Part shown: piece by piece, positions 46,622-55,927 of the stretch
Numbering within the stretch: position 1 is the first letter of the stretch
How the letters are laid out: every line of letters begins with the position of its first letter
DNA from: an uncultured Gammaproteobacteria bacterium
Lineage (GTDB): Bacteria > Patescibacteriota > Patescibacteriia > UBA9570
DNA length: 64,000 nucleotides
Assembly: GCA_964385285.1 (NCBI GenBank)
Contig: CAYLOJ010000002.1
Span: forward strand, 559-64,558
Direction: 5' to 3'
The notes under the pieces: generated by a model
Database searches by the model: none
Told to the model about the DNA's origin: nothing
The model's input: the letters and a program-made list of their open reading frames with translations, nothing else
Made by a program: the position numbers and the translations under genes

Positions 46622-48052
46622 CTAACTGGTACGGTTTAGTTTCTGTAAGATATGGCGTTTAGCCGAGTGTGTTTTTACCATTTCGATCCAGTCCGCATTT
46701 GGAGCTTTGCGGTTTTTGTCGACTAAAATTTCGATGACATCACCCGATTTTAATTTAACATCCAAGGCGACCATCTGATCATTCACTTTGGCGCCAACAC
46801 ACTTGTGTCCGATATCAGTGTGAATGTGATATGCAAAATCTATCGGAGTGGCGTCTTCTGGCAAATCAATGACATCACCACGTGGGGTAAAGACAAAGAT
46901 CCGCGTTTGGAAGAGGTCAATTTTGAGCGACTCTAAATATTGACCTTCATCTCGAATTTCGTTTTGCAATTTTGAGAGCTGTTCCACCCAACCTAATTTT
47001 TCTTTTGGTATTTGTTGATGACCGGTTTCCTTGTAATGCCAGTGGGCAGCAATTCCATACTCAGCTTCTTCATGCATTTCAGCAGTACGGATTTGAATTT
47101 CAGCGATGTCACCATCCGGTGTAAATACAGTTGTGTGTAACGAACGATAACCATTAGGTTTCGGTTGAGCAATGTAGTCCTTGATTCTCCCTTTTAATGG
47201 AGCGCAAAGCTTATGGACGATGCCTAAAGTTTCATAACAACGTGAGACATCCGGTACGATAATCCGTAAGGCCACGAGATCATATATTTTAGCCATGTCC
47301 CGGTTGTGTCGTAACAATTTTTTGTAGAGCGAATAGATATGCTTAGCTCGACCATGTACCGAGATGTAGGGGATATGGTGTTCGTCTAGAGTTTTTTCTA
47401 CGGCCAATTGCAAGCGATTCACAATTTTTGCCTTTTGATGCTTTTCAACCTCAATCTTTTTGACTAACCAGGCATGCTCTTCCGGGTAGACATACGGAAA
47501 CGATAGATCTTCTAATTGACCACGTACATCACACATGCCCAATCGATTAGCAATAGGTACGTAAATTTCCAAAGATTCTAAAGCGATGCGCCGCTGTTTT
47601 TCAGGGGGGAGTGCAGATAGGGTTTCCAGATTATGCATCCGATCGGCAAATTTTATCACAATCACCCGAATGTCCTGAGCCATAGCCACAAACATGCGTC
47701 TTAGGTTTTCTACGTAGCGTTGCATGCCACGATATTTCAGTTTGCCTAACTTGGTTACCCCTTCCACTAAGAAGGCGATCTCTGACCCGAATTCTTTTTT
47801 GACATCCTTTATGGTGCGTTCAGTATCTTCTGGTACATCATGTAGTAAACCAGCGGCAATTGTGCGATCATCCATACGCAAGCTGGCCAACTTATAGGCC
47901 GTGGCTTTGGGGTGATCAAAGTAAGGCGCACCCGATTTTCGCATTTGACCGGCATGGGCAGTCTCGGCAAAGGTATAAGCCCGTTCGAGTAACTCAAAAT
48001 CGGCATCTGGTACCTGTTCGCGAATATATTGCATTAACTCTTCTTTCTTCAT
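46622..48052 (-). CDS. rel: Short bifunctional RelA/SpoT homolog (HD hydrolase + (p)ppGpp synthetase + TGS; no ACT domain)
   Basis: HD motif LLHDVPEDT, synthetase motif DYIAQPKPNGYRSLHTTV, TGS domain VFTPRGDVIDLPEDATPIDFAYHIHTDIGH. 476 aa. Confidence 0.75.
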   Translation of the reverse strand: MKKEELMQYIREQVPDADFELLERAYTFAETAHAGQMRKSGAPYFDHPKATAYKLASLRMDDRTIAAGLLHDVPEDTERTIKDVKKEFGSEIAFLVEGVTKLGKLKYRGMQRYVENLRRMFVAMAQDIRVIVIKFADRMHNLETLSALPPEKQRRIALESLEIYVPIANRLGMCDVRGQLEDLSFPYVYPEEHAWLVKKIEVEKHQKAKIVNRLQLAVEKTLDEHHIPYISVHGRAKHIYSLYKKLLRHNRDMAKIYDLVALRIIVPDVSRCYETLGIVHKLCAPLKGRIKDYIAQPKPNGYRSLHTTVFTPDGDIAEIQIRTAEMHEEAEYGIAAHWHYKETGHQQIPKEKLGWVEQLSKLQNEIRDEGQYLESLKIDLFQTRIFVFTPRGDVIDLPEDATPIDFAYHIHTDIGHKCVGAKVNDQMVALDVKLKSGDVIEILVDKNRKAPNADWIEMVKTHSAKRHILQKLNRTS

Positions 48053-48134
48053 AGCGAATAACCAATCGAAAGAATTTTAAGATGCTTACAGCCTACTGAA
48101 AAAAACAGTTTTGTTCAAGTGCTAGCAAGATGAA

Positions 48135-50750
48135 CTACTTGCTGCGTTTTTGATCAACGACGGTAATGGCTTGTTCTAGCGTGATGCTTTCAGGTGGAAT
48201 TTCCTTGGGAATGGTCGCATTCACTTTGCCACATTTTAGGTAAGGACCATATTTACCGTTACACACTTGAATCGCTGCTTTCAGTTGTGGATGCTCACCC
48301 AAGATTTTTAACACCGTGGTGCGACGACCTTTGATTTTGGGAGTATCCAACATGGCAATGGCTCGCTCGGCAGTTAAGGTCAGTAAATTATCTTCCGGAC
48401 TCAAGCTCCGTGTCTCGATGCCACAACGGATATACGGACCAAACCGACCATTGTCTGCAATCATTGCTTCTCCAGTTTTGGGGTAAGGTCCTAAATTTTT
48501 TGGGAACGCCAATAACTGCAAAGCAATTTCTAAAGTGACATCCGTTGGCAACATTCCTTTTAACAAACCTTTCATTTTTGGTTTGATCAGTTTGGCTTTT
48601 TTTACTTTCTTTGGCTTCTTAGTCTTTGTATCAGTGACTTCGATGTTCGCAGGGTCTACAACAACTTCTGGTGCAGAGGTTTGTTTGTCACCTAATTGGA
48701 CATAAGGACCAAATCGACCATCTAGCAAATAGACCGGCTTACCAGAGTTAGGATCTGTGCCCAGTGGGGTTGGTCCCGCTGCGCGTTTTGTAATGAAATC
48801 TAAAGCTTGTTCGACGGTTAACTCATCGGGAGCAATAGTATCAGGAATACTAGCCGTTTTTTCACCTTCAGATAACACCTGTTCCACAAATGGACCAAAC
48901 CGACCAACGCGCACATTGATGGCATGACCGTCCTGGTCATGGCCAATCGGAATAGTGCAGGTGGCACGGGGGTCAATTTCTACATTCAACATGTCATGTA
49001 GCCCAGTGTGCTCTGGAGAACCAAAGTAAAATTGCTTTAAATAGGGGATCGATTCGATTTCACCAGCCGCAATGCGATCTAAATCTTCTTCCATGGCCGC
49101 CGTATAGTGCGTGTTTACCAAGTTAGAAAAATTATTACCCAGCAAGGCATCCACTGCAAAGGCCACGAACCGTGGTACTAGCGCACTACCTTGTTTATAC
49201 ACATAACCACGATTTTGAATTGTATCAATAATGGTTGCATAGGTACTAGGACGTCCAATGCCGTCACTTTCTAATTGTTTGATTAGCGAGGCTTCGGTAT
49301 AACGGGCCGGAGGCTTGGTGTTGTGTTCATCTGCCTGGGCAGTAGTGGATTGAACGGAGTTGCCAGCACTGACCGCTGGTAATACCATTTCAGCTTCATC
49401 TGCCTCATCTGTGCTTTCTGCATAGGCCTGCATATAACCTGCAAACTGAACGGTGCGGCCACTGGCCTGAGCAACAACATCATCCCATGTTAACTGAATT
49501 GAGGTTTGTTGCAGTTTTGCATCAGCCATTTGGGAGGCGACAGTACGTTTCCAAATCAGATCATACAAACTGGCTTCTTCACCGCCCAATGCGTCGCCGA
49601 TATCTTCTAAACTGCGCATCTCTTTACCAGCGGGACGAATCGCTTCATGTGCCTCTTGTGCAGATTTGTTCTTATTTTTGTATTGACGAGGTTCGGGGGT
49701 TAGAAAACGATCACCATACAGCTTAGAAATTTTTTGCCGGGCTGCTTGAATGGCTTCGGCCGATAACGTCACGGAATCAGTACGCATGTAGGTAATAAAT
49801 CCATGTTCATAGAGCCGTTGAGCAGTACGCATCGTTTTGCCGGCGGGCCAACCCAATTTTCGTCCGGCATCTTGCTGTAGGGTACTAGTAATAAATGGAG
49901 GTTTGGGAGTCAGGGTTAATGGTTTTTGTTGGACATCTGCTACCTGCCAAGTTTGTGGTGCAACACGTTGGGCTAAGTTCTGACTCGCCTGATGATCTAG
50001 TACTATGACTTCATCCGCGACTTTGGCTAACACAGCGCCACTGGTGCTATCAAAATCTTTTGTGCCTGCGATGCGTTTACCAGCAACCGTATGGATTTTA
50101 CCCGTAAATGTTGTGGCATCATGCTGATAACTGACGGTGACATCATGATAGACTGAGCTATGGAATGCCATCCGACTTTTCTCACGTTCAACAATCACGT
50201 GTAACGCCGCGCTCTGTACACGACCAGCTGACAACTTTGGAGCAACTTTTCGCCACAGCACTGGAGAGATCTCGTAACCATATAAGCGATCCAAAATACG
50301 GCGGGTTTCCTGTGCAGAGACAAGATGCATATCCACTGTGCGGGGATGCTCAAGGGCTGCCAAGATCGCTTCCTTAGTGATTTCATGAAACACCATGCGT
50401 TTAATGGGCACTTTGGGCTGCAACACTTCTAGCAGGTGCCAACTAATGGCCTCTCCTTCGCGGTCTTCGTCAGTTGCCAGATAAACCTCTTCAGCTTCTT
50501 TGACTAATTTTTTCAATTCAGCAATGTGCTTTTTTTTGGCGCTCGGAACAATATAAAGTGGTTGAAAATCATGATCTACATCAATACCCAAGCGTGCCCA
50601 TTTTTCCTTTTTGTATTGGGCGGGGATCTCTGTAGCAGATTGTGGTAGATCTCGAATATGACCTAAGCTAGACTCCACGACGTAACCAGCCGGTAGGAAT
50701 TTTTTAATCGTCTTAGCTTTGGTTGGACTTTCCACAATGACCAGCTTCAT
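48135..50750 (-). CDS. topA: DNA topoisomerase I
   Basis: TOPRIM MKLVIVESPTKAKTIKKFL, a topoisomerase IA core, and C-terminal zinc-ribbon/Topo_C repeats (GRFGPYV... x3). Start placed at Met13 of the annotated ORF. Confidence 0.85.
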   Translation of the reverse strand: MKLVIVESPTKAKTIKKFLPAGYVVESSLGHIRDLPQSATEIPAQYKKEKWARLGIDVDHDFQPLYIVPSAKKKHIAELKKLVKEAEEVYLATDEDREGEAISWHLLEVLQPKVPIKRMVFHEITKEAILAALEHPRTVDMHLVSAQETRRILDRLYGYEISPVLWRKVAPKLSAGRVQSAALHVIVEREKSRMAFHSSVYHDVTVSYQHDATTFTGKIHTVAGKRIAGTKDFDSTSGAVLAKVADEVIVLDHQASQNLAQRVAPQTWQVADVQQKPLTLTPKPPFITSTLQQDAGRKLGWPAGKTMRTAQRLYEHGFITYMRTDSVTLSAEAIQAARQKISKLYGDRFLTPEPRQYKNKNKSAQEAHEAIRPAGKEMRSLEDIGDALGGEEASLYDLIWKRTVASQMADAKLQQTSIQLTWDDVVAQASGRTVQFAGYMQAYAESTDEADEAEMVLPAVSAGNSVQSTTAQADEHNTKPPARYTEASLIKQLESDGIGRPSTYATIIDTIQNRGYVYKQGSALVPRFVAFAVDALLGNNFSNLVNTHYTAAMEEDLDRIAAGEIESIPYLKQFYFGSPEHTGLHDMLNVEIDPRATCTIPIGHDQDGHAINVRVGRFGPFVEQVLSEGEKTASIPDTIAPDELTVEQALDFITKRAAGPTPLGTDPNSGKPVYLLDGRFGPYVQLGDKQTSAPEVVVDPANIEVTDTKTKKPKKVKKAKLIKPKMKGLLKGMLPTDVTLEIALQLLAFPKNLGPYPKTGEAMIADNGRFGPYIRCGIETRSLSPEDNLLTLTAERAIAMLDTPKIKGRRTTVLKILGEHPQLKAAIQVCNGKYGPYLKCGKVNATIPKEIPPESITLEQAITVVDQKRSK

Positions 50751-50758
50751 AAAAAAAG

Positions 50759-51634
50759 TTATGGATTTATTTCGTACCGCATCCAAATATTCTTCCGTAC
50801 TATTCCTTGTATTTCTAATTCTGTCAAGCCAACTTGGAGCGATTCACTTGAACAACCCAATGTTTGTGCTAGTTCTTCAGCGTCACTCGATTGCCGTTGC
50901 AAGGCTTCGATGATACTGCGCTGTAGGGAAGAGCAGTGTGTTGTAGAGAGCGTCTTGGGTGATAATGGAGGGATAGATAAATCACTAAACAGATCCTCGA
51001 TGGAGTGCAATACTTGGGCCCCTTCTTTTAGTAAGCGGTGCGTGCCAGCAGAACGGGTGCTGAAGATTGATCCCGGAACAGCAAATACTGAGCGATTCGC
51101 CTCCAATGCGTGATGGGCAGTATTAATTGCGCCGGATTGATAGGCGGCTTCGATGACGATAGTGGCCAGGCTTAACCCAGCAAGAATGCGATTGCGTTCT
51201 AAAAAATGATGACGTCGTGCCTGGGTCGTGGCTGGATATTCAGACAACAATGCTCCACCATGTTGCAGGATGTTTTGAGCGAGTCGTCGGTTACCGGCCG
51301 GAAAAATCACCTCAGTGCTTAAACCAGAACCAAGCACTGCTAAAGTCGTGCCGCCTAATTCTAAGGTGGCTTGGTGTGCAATGGCATCAATGCCTGTTGC
51401 CAAGCCGCTGACAATCGCCAGCCCGGCCCGGACACAGGCCGACACCACATAGCGACAAACATGTTCGCCGTAGGGGGTCATGGCCCGACTTCCTACAATG
51501 GCAATGCTAGGTAAGTAGAGAGCCGAGGAGTTGCCGGCAATATATAATAGGTGTGGCGGAGAGGGGATTTCTGCAAGCAAGGGAGGTAAACCGGCAGTCG
51601 TTAAAATGGTCGTATCCATACAAAAAACCCACAC
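50759..51634 (-). CDS. dprA: DNA processing protein DprA (Smf)
   Basis: Rossmann-like DprA core LLYIAGNSSALYLPSIAIVGSRAMTPYGEHVCRYVV...SGLATGIDAIAHQATLE. It lies 8 nt upstream of topA, the conserved dprA-topA pair. Confidence 0.8.
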   Translation of the reverse strand: MWVFCMDTTILTTAGLPPLLAEIPSPPHLLYIAGNSSALYLPSIAIVGSRAMTPYGEHVCRYVVSACVRAGLAIVSGLATGIDAIAHQATLELGGTTLAVLGSGLSTEVIFPAGNRRLAQNILQHGGALLSEYPATTQARRHHFLERNRILAGLSLATIVIEAAYQSGAINTAHHALEANRSVFAVPGSIFSTRSAGTHRLLKEGAQVLHSIEDLFSDLSIPPLSPKTLSTTHCSSLQRSIIEALQRQSSDAEELAQTLGCSSESLQVGLTELEIQGIVRKNIWMRYEINP

Positions 51635-51701
51635 TTCGGTGGGCTCTTATTTCTAACCTATCATGCTTTACGGTGCTTGGCAACTTTGTTATAGTCACTG
51701 C

Positions 51702-52466
51702 ATGAAACCTAAGTACTTAATCGTAGTCAGTGTTGCGATCATCGGGCTATTACTCGCAGCAGTAGTTGGGTTTGTCTGGTGGCAAAATGGCTTTGAAGAA
51801 TATCCGCCTATTAGTGGCAATCAAGTGTCTGTTGGTTTAGTGCCCGCAGAGGGAACTTATCTTGCTGCTCGTTATTATGCTGCTCCCGGTAAAGTTTCGA
51901 ATCGTGGTGTGATTTTGCTGCATCAATACAATAGTAACCAAAATGCCTGGAATGAATTTGCAGCTGAATTGCAAGATCGCGGATTTGCCGTCATGACGTT
52001 GGATTTTCCAGGTCACGGTACATCGTCAGGTGATCTCGCAACCATGACGGAAGACGACTATCAAAAATTTGCTACGGATGCAGCCGATGCAGTGGAATAT
52101 TTGCGTGATATTAACGCTGATATGAAGATTGCAGTCATTGGGGCAGGCTTAGGAGCGAATGTAGGCTTGCAGTTAGCGGCCAATGATGAATCAATTGCCG
52201 CTGCCGTACTGGTGTCTCCACAATATAATTATCGTGGAGTAAAAATTACTACAATTAATAAAAATTTTACCCGACCTATATATTATCTTGTGAGCCGAAC
52301 TGATACGATTAGTTTGGAGGCGACTCAAGGTTTATATGACCACACAGCCGCATCAACAAAGGAATTACGCATTGCGGAAGAAGCCAAGGGTCGCGGTACA
52401 AATTTGTTACGCCACGCTCCAAAGCTAAGAGATGCAATGGTGGATTGGCTCGAGTTATCGCTATGA
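51702..52466 (+). CDS. Alpha/beta hydrolase family protein (membrane-anchored)
   Basis: N-terminal TM. GVILLHQYNSNQNAWNEFAAELQDRGFAVMTLDFPGHGTSSGD and a nucleophile-elbow-like VIGAGLGANV. Confidence 0.5.
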   Translation: MKPKYLIVVSVAIIGLLLAAVVGFVWWQNGFEEYPPISGNQVSVGLVPAEGTYLAARYYAAPGKVSNRGVILLHQYNSNQNAWNEFAAELQDRGFAVMTLDFPGHGTSSGDLATMTEDDYQKFATDAADAVEYLRDINADMKIAVIGAGLGANVGLQLAANDESIAAAVLVSPQYNYRGVKITTINKNFTRPIYYLVSRTDTISLEATQGLYDHTAASTKELRIAEEAKGRGTNLLRHAPKLRDAMVDWLELSL

Positions 52467-53026
52467 CCACTGTATTCATGGATTGGTTTCAAGGTAATGT
52501 GTGGAAAATTATTTTGATTTTAGTGTTATGGGTAGCGACTTCCTACACCGCTACTAAATTTGGACGCCAATTGGTTTCTTTAATTTTGACTAAGGAAAAA
52601 GCCGGTTTACGGCAGCGTCATCGTACGCTAACGGCAGGCGAACAGCACTATATTGAAACACTCAGTGCATTCATCTCACGCTTTTTGAAGCTTTGTATTG
52701 TCCTCATTTTTGTCACAATGTTACTGACGCAGTTTGGAATCTCCGTAACACCACTCTTCGCGAGTGCTGGAATCATTGGTGTGGCGCTTGGCTTTGGGGC
52801 GCAATCGCTCATTAAAGATATGTTAGCCGGACTCTTCGTATTGATTGAGAATCAATATGCTAAGGGCGATCGGGTGCGGTTAGGCGCCGTGACGGGCATG
52901 GTGGAAGATCTCTCCTTGCGCGCTACCATTCTGCGGGACGACCAAGGTGTGGTTCATTATATTCCTAACGGCTCTATTACGGTCATCTCAAATTTTTCTA
53001 AACAGGACCAGCAACAGCATTTATAA
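52463..53026 (+). CDS. mscS: Small-conductance mechanosensitive channel (MscS family)
   Basis: TM helices plus the conserved MscS block LIENQYAKGDRVRLGAVTGMVEDLSLRATILRDDQGVVHYIPNGSI. Overlaps the previous stop as ATGA. Confidence 0.65.
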   Translation: MTTVFMDWFQGNVWKIILILVLWVATSYTATKFGRQLVSLILTKEKAGLRQRHRTLTAGEQHYIETLSAFISRFLKLCIVLIFVTMLLTQFGISVTPLFASAGIIGVALGFGAQSLIKDMLAGLFVLIENQYAKGDRVRLGAVTGMVEDLSLRATILRDDQGVVHYIPNGSITVISNFSKQDQQQHL

Positions 53027-53039
53027 TCGATCAATACTT

Positions 53040-53768
53040 ATGGGAATTAGTTTGTGGCGTCAAATTGCGTTAGCGGTACTGGTCGGGGTGATGCCGCTGA
53101 TGCCAACAGCGCAACCCGCTGTTGCTCAGCATGCGGTAGTCACTAATGTGCAGATGACACAAGTGATCTCCACACAGCGGATTAAGTTTACGTGGGATAA
53201 AATCGCTACTGCCAAAAAATATCGGATTCGGATTATGCATGGTAGCGATAAGATTGCAAAAAAAAATGTGGATAAGCCGCATGCTAAATTTAAAGAATCC
53301 AAATTTTCTGATTACGAAACCTACACAGTCTATATCCGTGCCAAAGGTAACGCTAACTACACAGTCAATGCGTGGACAGAGTATACATTTATCTATTTTG
53401 ATGCAGATCATGACAATGATTTGATTTCCGATGAGGATGATTATGACGACGATAATGATGGAATTCCTGATACGATTGATGATGATCCCTACAGTGTGAG
53501 CGGGACAGTGTATCCAATCATTATTGAAAATAATGCATTGCAAAGTGGTACGATCAGCATTCTACAGAATGATAGCGTGACCTGGATTAATAAAGATGAG
53601 GGTGGCCATGCTGTAGCAGCGAGTAACGGCAGTTGGTATAGTCCGCCCTTACAACGCAACGAATCCTACACACATGTATTTGGTAGTACGGGTATATTTA
53701 CTTACTATGATCCCACCTATCCCGGTGTCGCCAATATGATGGGAACGATCACAGTTTCAACAGAGTGA
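53040..53768 (+). CDS. Secreted protein: FN3-like domain, Asp-rich linker, C-terminal cupredoxin-like domain that lacks the copper ligands (paralog of the C-terminus of CDS 26763)
   Basis: Signal peptide MGISLWRQIALAVLVGVMPLMPTAQPAVAQ. DADHDNDLISDEDDYDDDNDGIPDTIDDDPY. The C-terminus YTHVFGSTGIFTYYDPTYPGVANMMGTITVS aligns with ...YDYYCVYHPSMTGTITVE but has no Cys and no His. Confidence 0.45.
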   Translation: MGISLWRQIALAVLVGVMPLMPTAQPAVAQHAVVTNVQMTQVISTQRIKFTWDKIATAKKYRIRIMHGSDKIAKKNVDKPHAKFKESKFSDYETYTVYIRAKGNANYTVNAWTEYTFIYFDADHDNDLISDEDDYDDDNDGIPDTIDDDPYSVSGTVYPIIIENNALQSGTISILQNDSVTWINKDEGGHAVAASNGSWYSPPLQRNESYTHVFGSTGIFTYYDPTYPGVANMMGTITVSTE

Positions 53769-54463
53769 AGATGAAACACTATCTGTGGTTAGTAGCATTA
53801 CTAGGGTTAGCGGGTTGTGGCACAACTAGTGATGCGCCGTTATTACAATCCCAGGTAGTAACGTGGGGTGATATTCAAATTACAGCAGAGCAGACACCGG
53901 CCGAATGGGATTGGTCGGGTGTTGATGACGCATTAGCGACGCAGAAGACGGATCTCATTGTGCCGATTTATCCATACGCTCTGTGGGATCAAGCAAATTG
54001 TCATGCGGATTGGCCAAGTGTCGTGACTATTTTTGGTCCCAGCTTTCAAGCACCCTACCCACCGTGTGATCAAGCTGCCTACACGCGTTGGTTAACAGCT
54101 CTAGTTGAGCGCTATGGTGATCGTGTAGCTGCTTGGCAGATCTTGGCGAGTCCTACAGATCAAGCACCACCCACTGCCCAATTTATTGGCGGGGAGCAGA
54201 GCTATGCAGAGTTGCTCACCCTATCGGCCAGTGCCATTCGCGCAGCGGATGATCAGGCAGTGGTGTATGTTGGTAATCTGCATGATCTTTCCCCCGAAAC
54301 CATTACATTCTATACAGAGTTATTAGCACGATCCGAGGTGCAATCCGCAGCTAATGGATTCACCGTGAATGCCAATGTGACAGATGATCGGTCTGTGATT
54401 GAATCGTTGGTCGAGCGTGCACAATGGGACCAACTAACACAGAAGGTGTATACTGTTCAATAG
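53765..54463 (+). CDS. Hypothetical lipoprotein
   Basis: Lipobox LLGLAGC. 232 aa. No recognised domain. Confidence 0.35.
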   Translation: MKMKHYLWLVALLGLAGCGTTSDAPLLQSQVVTWGDIQITAEQTPAEWDWSGVDDALATQKTDLIVPIYPYALWDQANCHADWPSVVTIFGPSFQAPYPPCDQAAYTRWLTALVERYGDRVAAWQILASPTDQAPPTAQFIGGEQSYAELLTLSASAIRAADDQAVVYVGNLHDLSPETITFYTELLARSEVQSAANGFTVNANVTDDRSVIESLVERAQWDQLTQKVYTVQ

Positions 54464-54465
54464 TT

Positions 54466-54855
54466 ATGGAATTGCTTTTAAAACAAGGTGACGTGCTCAC
54501 CGCGCAAACTCAAGCGATCGTTTATCCGGGTGATGCGGCAGGCTATGTGGGAGAGGCGAGCGTGGTGGAGGGTCGCATTGTTGCTCCAACCATGAAACAT
54601 CCCAATGAACCCATTCCACCCAAGCAAGTAGAATTGGCCACAGTGGCAGCGTTACGCTGTGCAGATGAACAGGGTTATACTTCTGTCGCATTTCCACCAT
54701 TGGGTACGGGCGTTGGAGCGGTAGATTTAGACACCGCCGCGCGGATCATGATGGAAACTATTCAAATGTTTCGCTGTGATCACGGTTTACAGCGCGTCGA
54801 GATTTGGCTGCCTACAGCTGAAGCCGTCACTATCTTTCAGCGTTATGGCTTATAA
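54466..54855 (+). CDS. Macro domain protein (ADP-ribose binding / deacetylase-like)
   Basis: About 130 aa. GDVLTAQTQAIVYPGDAAG...SVAFPPLGTGVGAVDL matches the macro-domain FPxIGTGxxG motif. Start placed at the internal Met. Confidence 0.5.
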   Translation: MELLLKQGDVLTAQTQAIVYPGDAAGYVGEASVVEGRIVAPTMKHPNEPIPPKQVELATVAALRCADEQGYTSVAFPPLGTGVGAVDLDTAARIMMETIQMFRCDHGLQRVEIWLPTAEAVTIFQRYGL

Positions 54856-55927
54856 CAAAACTGCCGTTGCTGGTGGCATGGTCGTCGGTATGATTATTGT
54901 GGCTGGTATTCTCCAAGTAAAGTTTTACTTTAATCCTCCGAAGGATAATTTTGACAATGAGATTGATTTTTTGTTAGATCGGCAAATGGCTTTATTGGCA
55001 GACAGCATCGATGATGCTCCGTTTGCTGATTCTGTGGATGCTCTGAGTGTCACACCAACGGAGTCTTCGCAACCGATCTATGGAGATTTTCAAACGATCA
55101 CACTTAGCACTGGAATCCCATTGGCTAGTCTAACGGAGACCGCTGGGGTGAGTAGTGTGGTGCTGCGTGGTAATCAATTATTACTAATGCAGTACGATCA
55201 ACAGTGGCAAGTTCGTCCGGATGGCGAACATGTCTTAATGACAGAGATTAGTCTGGTGAACGGCAAGGCTCCATTGGCTAGCCTGACATCGACGCCCAAT
55301 GGTTATCAACTGTTAATCACACAACCAACCGCTGTCGGTACGATTGTGAAAGTCATATCCATTGATGAGCAATTTGCGGTCACTACCACTAATAGTTTAG
55401 CAGTTGATCCAGTAGTGATGGCTGCTACAGGTAATACGCTGTGGAGTTATACTGTGGATGCTAAGTTACAGATTTATAGTATCGCGGAAGGAACGTTAGT
55501 GGCCGAACAAACCAATACACTTGTTCCGTGTAATTTGATTACGGATGGCGATAGTGTCATCGTTTTATCAGCACAAAGTGATCAGTTATTGTTTTCAAAG
55601 ATTTCAGCGGTGGGAGAGACTCGGTCCAAGATTATCGTGTCTGCAGCCGGCATTACCAGCTGCGTTGTCAGCGGGCGACTAAACCAGCACCTAGCGGTAG
55701 TACTGCCAAATACAATTCAATTATTTAATGATAATCTAACCGTCAGTTATCCAGCAGTCGATCTTCCGACCAATGCATTATTCCCTCTGATCGGATTCAG
55801 CGGAGAGCAACTGTGGGTCATGTACAGTACCTCAGAAACGTTAGGAGAGTATCAATTCCATGTCGCTATGTATGATCCGCTTGCAGTTGTAACACAGCCT
55901 GATGCAGCAAACGTGTATACAAATTGA
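54845..55927 (+). CDS. Hypothetical membrane-anchored protein
   Basis: N-terminal TM (AGGMVVGMIIVAGILQV). No recognised domain. Its 3' end overlaps the convergent mfd. Confidence 0.3.
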   Translation: MAYNKTAVAGGMVVGMIIVAGILQVKFYFNPPKDNFDNEIDFLLDRQMALLADSIDDAPFADSVDALSVTPTESSQPIYGDFQTITLSTGIPLASLTETAGVSSVVLRGNQLLLMQYDQQWQVRPDGEHVLMTEISLVNGKAPLASLTSTPNGYQLLITQPTAVGTIVKVISIDEQFAVTTTNSLAVDPVVMAATGNTLWSYTVDAKLQIYSIAEGTLVAEQTNTLVPCNLITDGDSVIVLSAQSDQLLFSKISAVGETRSKIIVSAAGITSCVVSGRLNQHLAVVLPNTIQLFNDNLTVSYPAVDLPTNALFPLIGFSGEQLWVMYSTSETLGEYQFHVAMYDPLAVVTQPDAANVYTN

